Source: Octopus sinensis
Taxonomy: Eukaryota
DNA length: 64,000 nt
Assembly: GCF_006345805.1 (NCBI RefSeq)
Contig: NC_043023.1
Location: 14,632,001 to 14,696,000, forward strand
Direction of reading: 5' to 3'
This document shows, in pieces, positions 61,534 through 64,000 of this stretch. Made by a program: the position numbers and the translations under genes. Within the stretch, counting starts at the first letter, position 1. Every line of letters begins with the position of its first letter. The notes beneath the pieces were generated by a model. The model was given only the letters and a program-made list of their open reading frames with translations, was not told where the DNA came from and did not search any database.

Positions 61534-62156
61534 TGTATGTAGGTATGTATGCATGCATGTATGTATGCATTTATGTATGTATGTATGTATGTATGTATGT
61601 ATGTATGCATGTATGTACATATGTATGTATGTATGTATGCATGCATGCATGTATGTATGTATGTATGTGAGTATGTATGTATGTATGTATGTATGCATGC
61701 ATGTATATATGTATGTATGCATGTATGTATGCATGCATGCATGCATGTATATATGTATGTATGCATGTATGTATGTATGTATATATGTATGTATGTATGT
61801 ATGTGTGCATATATGCATGTATGTATGTATGTATGTATGCATGTATGAATGTATGTATGTATGAATGTATGTATGCACGTGTGTATGTATGTATTAACAA
61901 TACAGGAAAATTGAAATTTCTTGGTATTATTTTTTTCTCCGGAAATTTCCATTTTTCCGTTTTGTTATTCGGCAAACTCTGTAAATACCATTTCCATAAT
62001 TCTCGAGTTTAATGCGTGTTTTGACTTCCATACCACATTAACTATGGAATACAATTTGGATCGTAATAATGGAATGAGCAGAACTGCTTCAAGAGGATAC
62101 GGCCGGGATTTCTATGTCTATGTATGTATATATGTCTATGTATGTATATATGTATG

Positions 62157-62200
<44 letters not shown>

Positions 62201-62218
62201 CATACATACATGTATACA

Positions 62219-62268
<50 letters not shown>

Positions 62269-62760
62269 CATATATATACTTGTATACATACATGCATATA
62301 TACATATATACATACATACATCTATATATATATAGATATATATACATATATATGCATATATATGTATATATATGTATACACACATGCATATATACATACA
62401 TACATATATAGACATACAAATATACATACATATACATACATGCATGCATACATATATATAAATACATATATGCAAACACACTTACATACGTACATACATA
62501 CATTCACACATACATACGTATATACATACATACATACATACATACATACATAAATGCGCACGTACATACATACATACATACACACATACATACATATATA
62601 TATTTCTGTAATGACTTGAGAAGTAATGATGAGTGACAATTCTATAAATAATAATATTTCATAAGCTTAAAACTTATAAACACTCACCTCGCACTGACTA
62701 AAGAAAATAAATCTAATATTGGGGCATATAACACCTCGATGGAAAAAAGTGTGTTTTCCT

Positions 62761-62861
62761 GTTCCTCGGAGCTCCCCTATACTGATGGCCTTGCTCTTAT
62801 AGTGGAATCACTACCGGAACTAGCGAAGAAATTTCAGGTGTGGAAACAAGGTTTTTGAATC
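62761..62861 (+). mobile_element. Decayed RTE-type reverse transcriptase fragment
   Basis: LPYTDGLALIVESLPELAKKFQVWKQG, a degenerate LLYADDL.L..ES motif. Confidence 0.6.
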
Positions 62862-62862
62862 G

Positions 62863-63400
62863 GATGGTGCTTTTTATGTACCACTGGCATGGGGAGCCAG
62901 TCAGGTGGTATTGGCATCGACCACGTTTGGATGGTGCATTTTAAGTGCCACCAGCACAGGAACCAGTCGGGCGAGGGGTGGTGGTGGCCTTGACCATGCT
63001 CGGATGGTACTTTTTATGTCCCATTGGCATGGGGAGCCAGTCAGGTGGCACTGGGATCGACCACATTCAGATGGTACATTTTATGTGCCACCTGCACAGC
63101 AGCCAGTCGGGCAAGGGGTGGTGGTGGTGGCATTGACCACATTCGGATGGTGCTTTTTACGTGCCAGTGCCACCTGACTGGCTCCCCGTGCCAGTGGGAC
63201 ATAAAAAGCACCATCCAAACATGGTCAAGGCCACCATCACACCTCGCCCGACTGGCTCTTGTGCTGGTGGCACGTAAAAAGCACCATTCGAATGTAGTCA
63301 ATGCCAGTGCCACCTGACTGGCTCCCCGTGCCAGTGGGACATAAAAAGCACTATCCGAACATGGTCAAGGCCACCACCACCCCTCGCCCGACTGGCTCCT
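62863..63400. repeat. Tandem SINE-C 5' modules in two opposed blocks (fold-back)
   Basis: Forward ggatggtgctttttatg...ggagccagtcagg units to ~63165, then reverse-complement units. Confidence 0.75.
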
Positions 63401-64000
63401 GTGCACATAAAAAGCACCCACTACACTCTCGGAGTGGTTGGCATTAAGAAGGGCATCAAGCTGTAGAAGCATTGCCAGATAAGACTGGAGCCTGGTGCAG
63501 CTTCCTCGCTTGCCAGTCTCCTGTCAAACCATCCAACCCATGCCAGCATACTTATAGTGATGAATTATAGGGTTTTTGACAATTTGTCTATTTTCGGCAT
63601 ATTTGGCATTAGAATTTTTTCTTTTGCCCTTGTTTATAAGTTTTTTTATATATGAGTGGCTGTGTGGTAAGTAGCTTGCTTACCAACCACATGGTTCCGG
63701 GTTCAGTCCCACTGCGTGGCACCTTGGGCAAGTGTCTTCTACTATAGCTTCAGGCCGACCAAAGCCTTGTGAGTGGATTTGGTAGACGGAAACTGAAAGA
63801 AGCCCGTCGTATATATGTATATATATGTATGTGTGCGTGTATGTTTGTGTGTCTGTGTTTGTCCTCCCAACATCACTTGACAACCGATGCTGGTGTGTTT
63901 ACGTCCCCGTCACTTAGCGGTTCAGCAAAACAGACCTATAGAATAAGTACGGGGCTTACAAAGAATAAGTCCCAGGGTCAAGATGCTCGATTAAAGGCAG

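Noticed and set aside
59116-62639. Many ORFs rich in S/I/H, D/E/M, YLSI, HTYI, MYVC (also 38514-38961 and 47520-48275)
   Set aside because: Microsatellite and minisatellite translations with no coding signal

Overview
Metazoan genomic DNA, very repeat- and microsatellite-rich. The SINE and MITE families look like those of Octopus/coleoid cephalopods; this is my recognition, not a database result. The + strand carries the last 13 coding exons of CNOT3 (CCR4-NOT subunit 3) at 3841-39300. They splice in frame through GT-AG introns into 610 codons plus stop, and the 5' exons lie upstream of the window. The - strand carries a ~2.4 kb terminal coding exon of an unidentified low-complexity protein (56589-59028), convergent with CNOT3. 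There is a 100-N scaffold gap at 47404-47503. The rest is SINEs, piggyBac/hAT/mariner MITEs (several amplified into satellites), RTE, CR1 and RLE-type LINE fragments, a Helitron, and many fold-back repeats. Main discovery: at least six apparently unrelated non-coding repeat families carry type-I hammerhead ribozyme motifs (CUGANGA, helix II, GAAA, short palindromic helix III, NUH). About 15 motifs are visible and about 6 have complete cores. They occur as tandem retrozyme-like units, as a tRNA-headed SINE fused to a hammerhead, and as Penelope-like inverted repeats, with six motifs clustered in 3.7 kb between the two convergent genes. Second highlight: a partial duplicate of a CNOT3 exon (28312-28420) with an intact donor and a candidate new acceptor could form a frame-preserving 186-nt cassette exon. 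All structures were read by eye. Ribozyme activity, editing and splicing are untested hypotheses.
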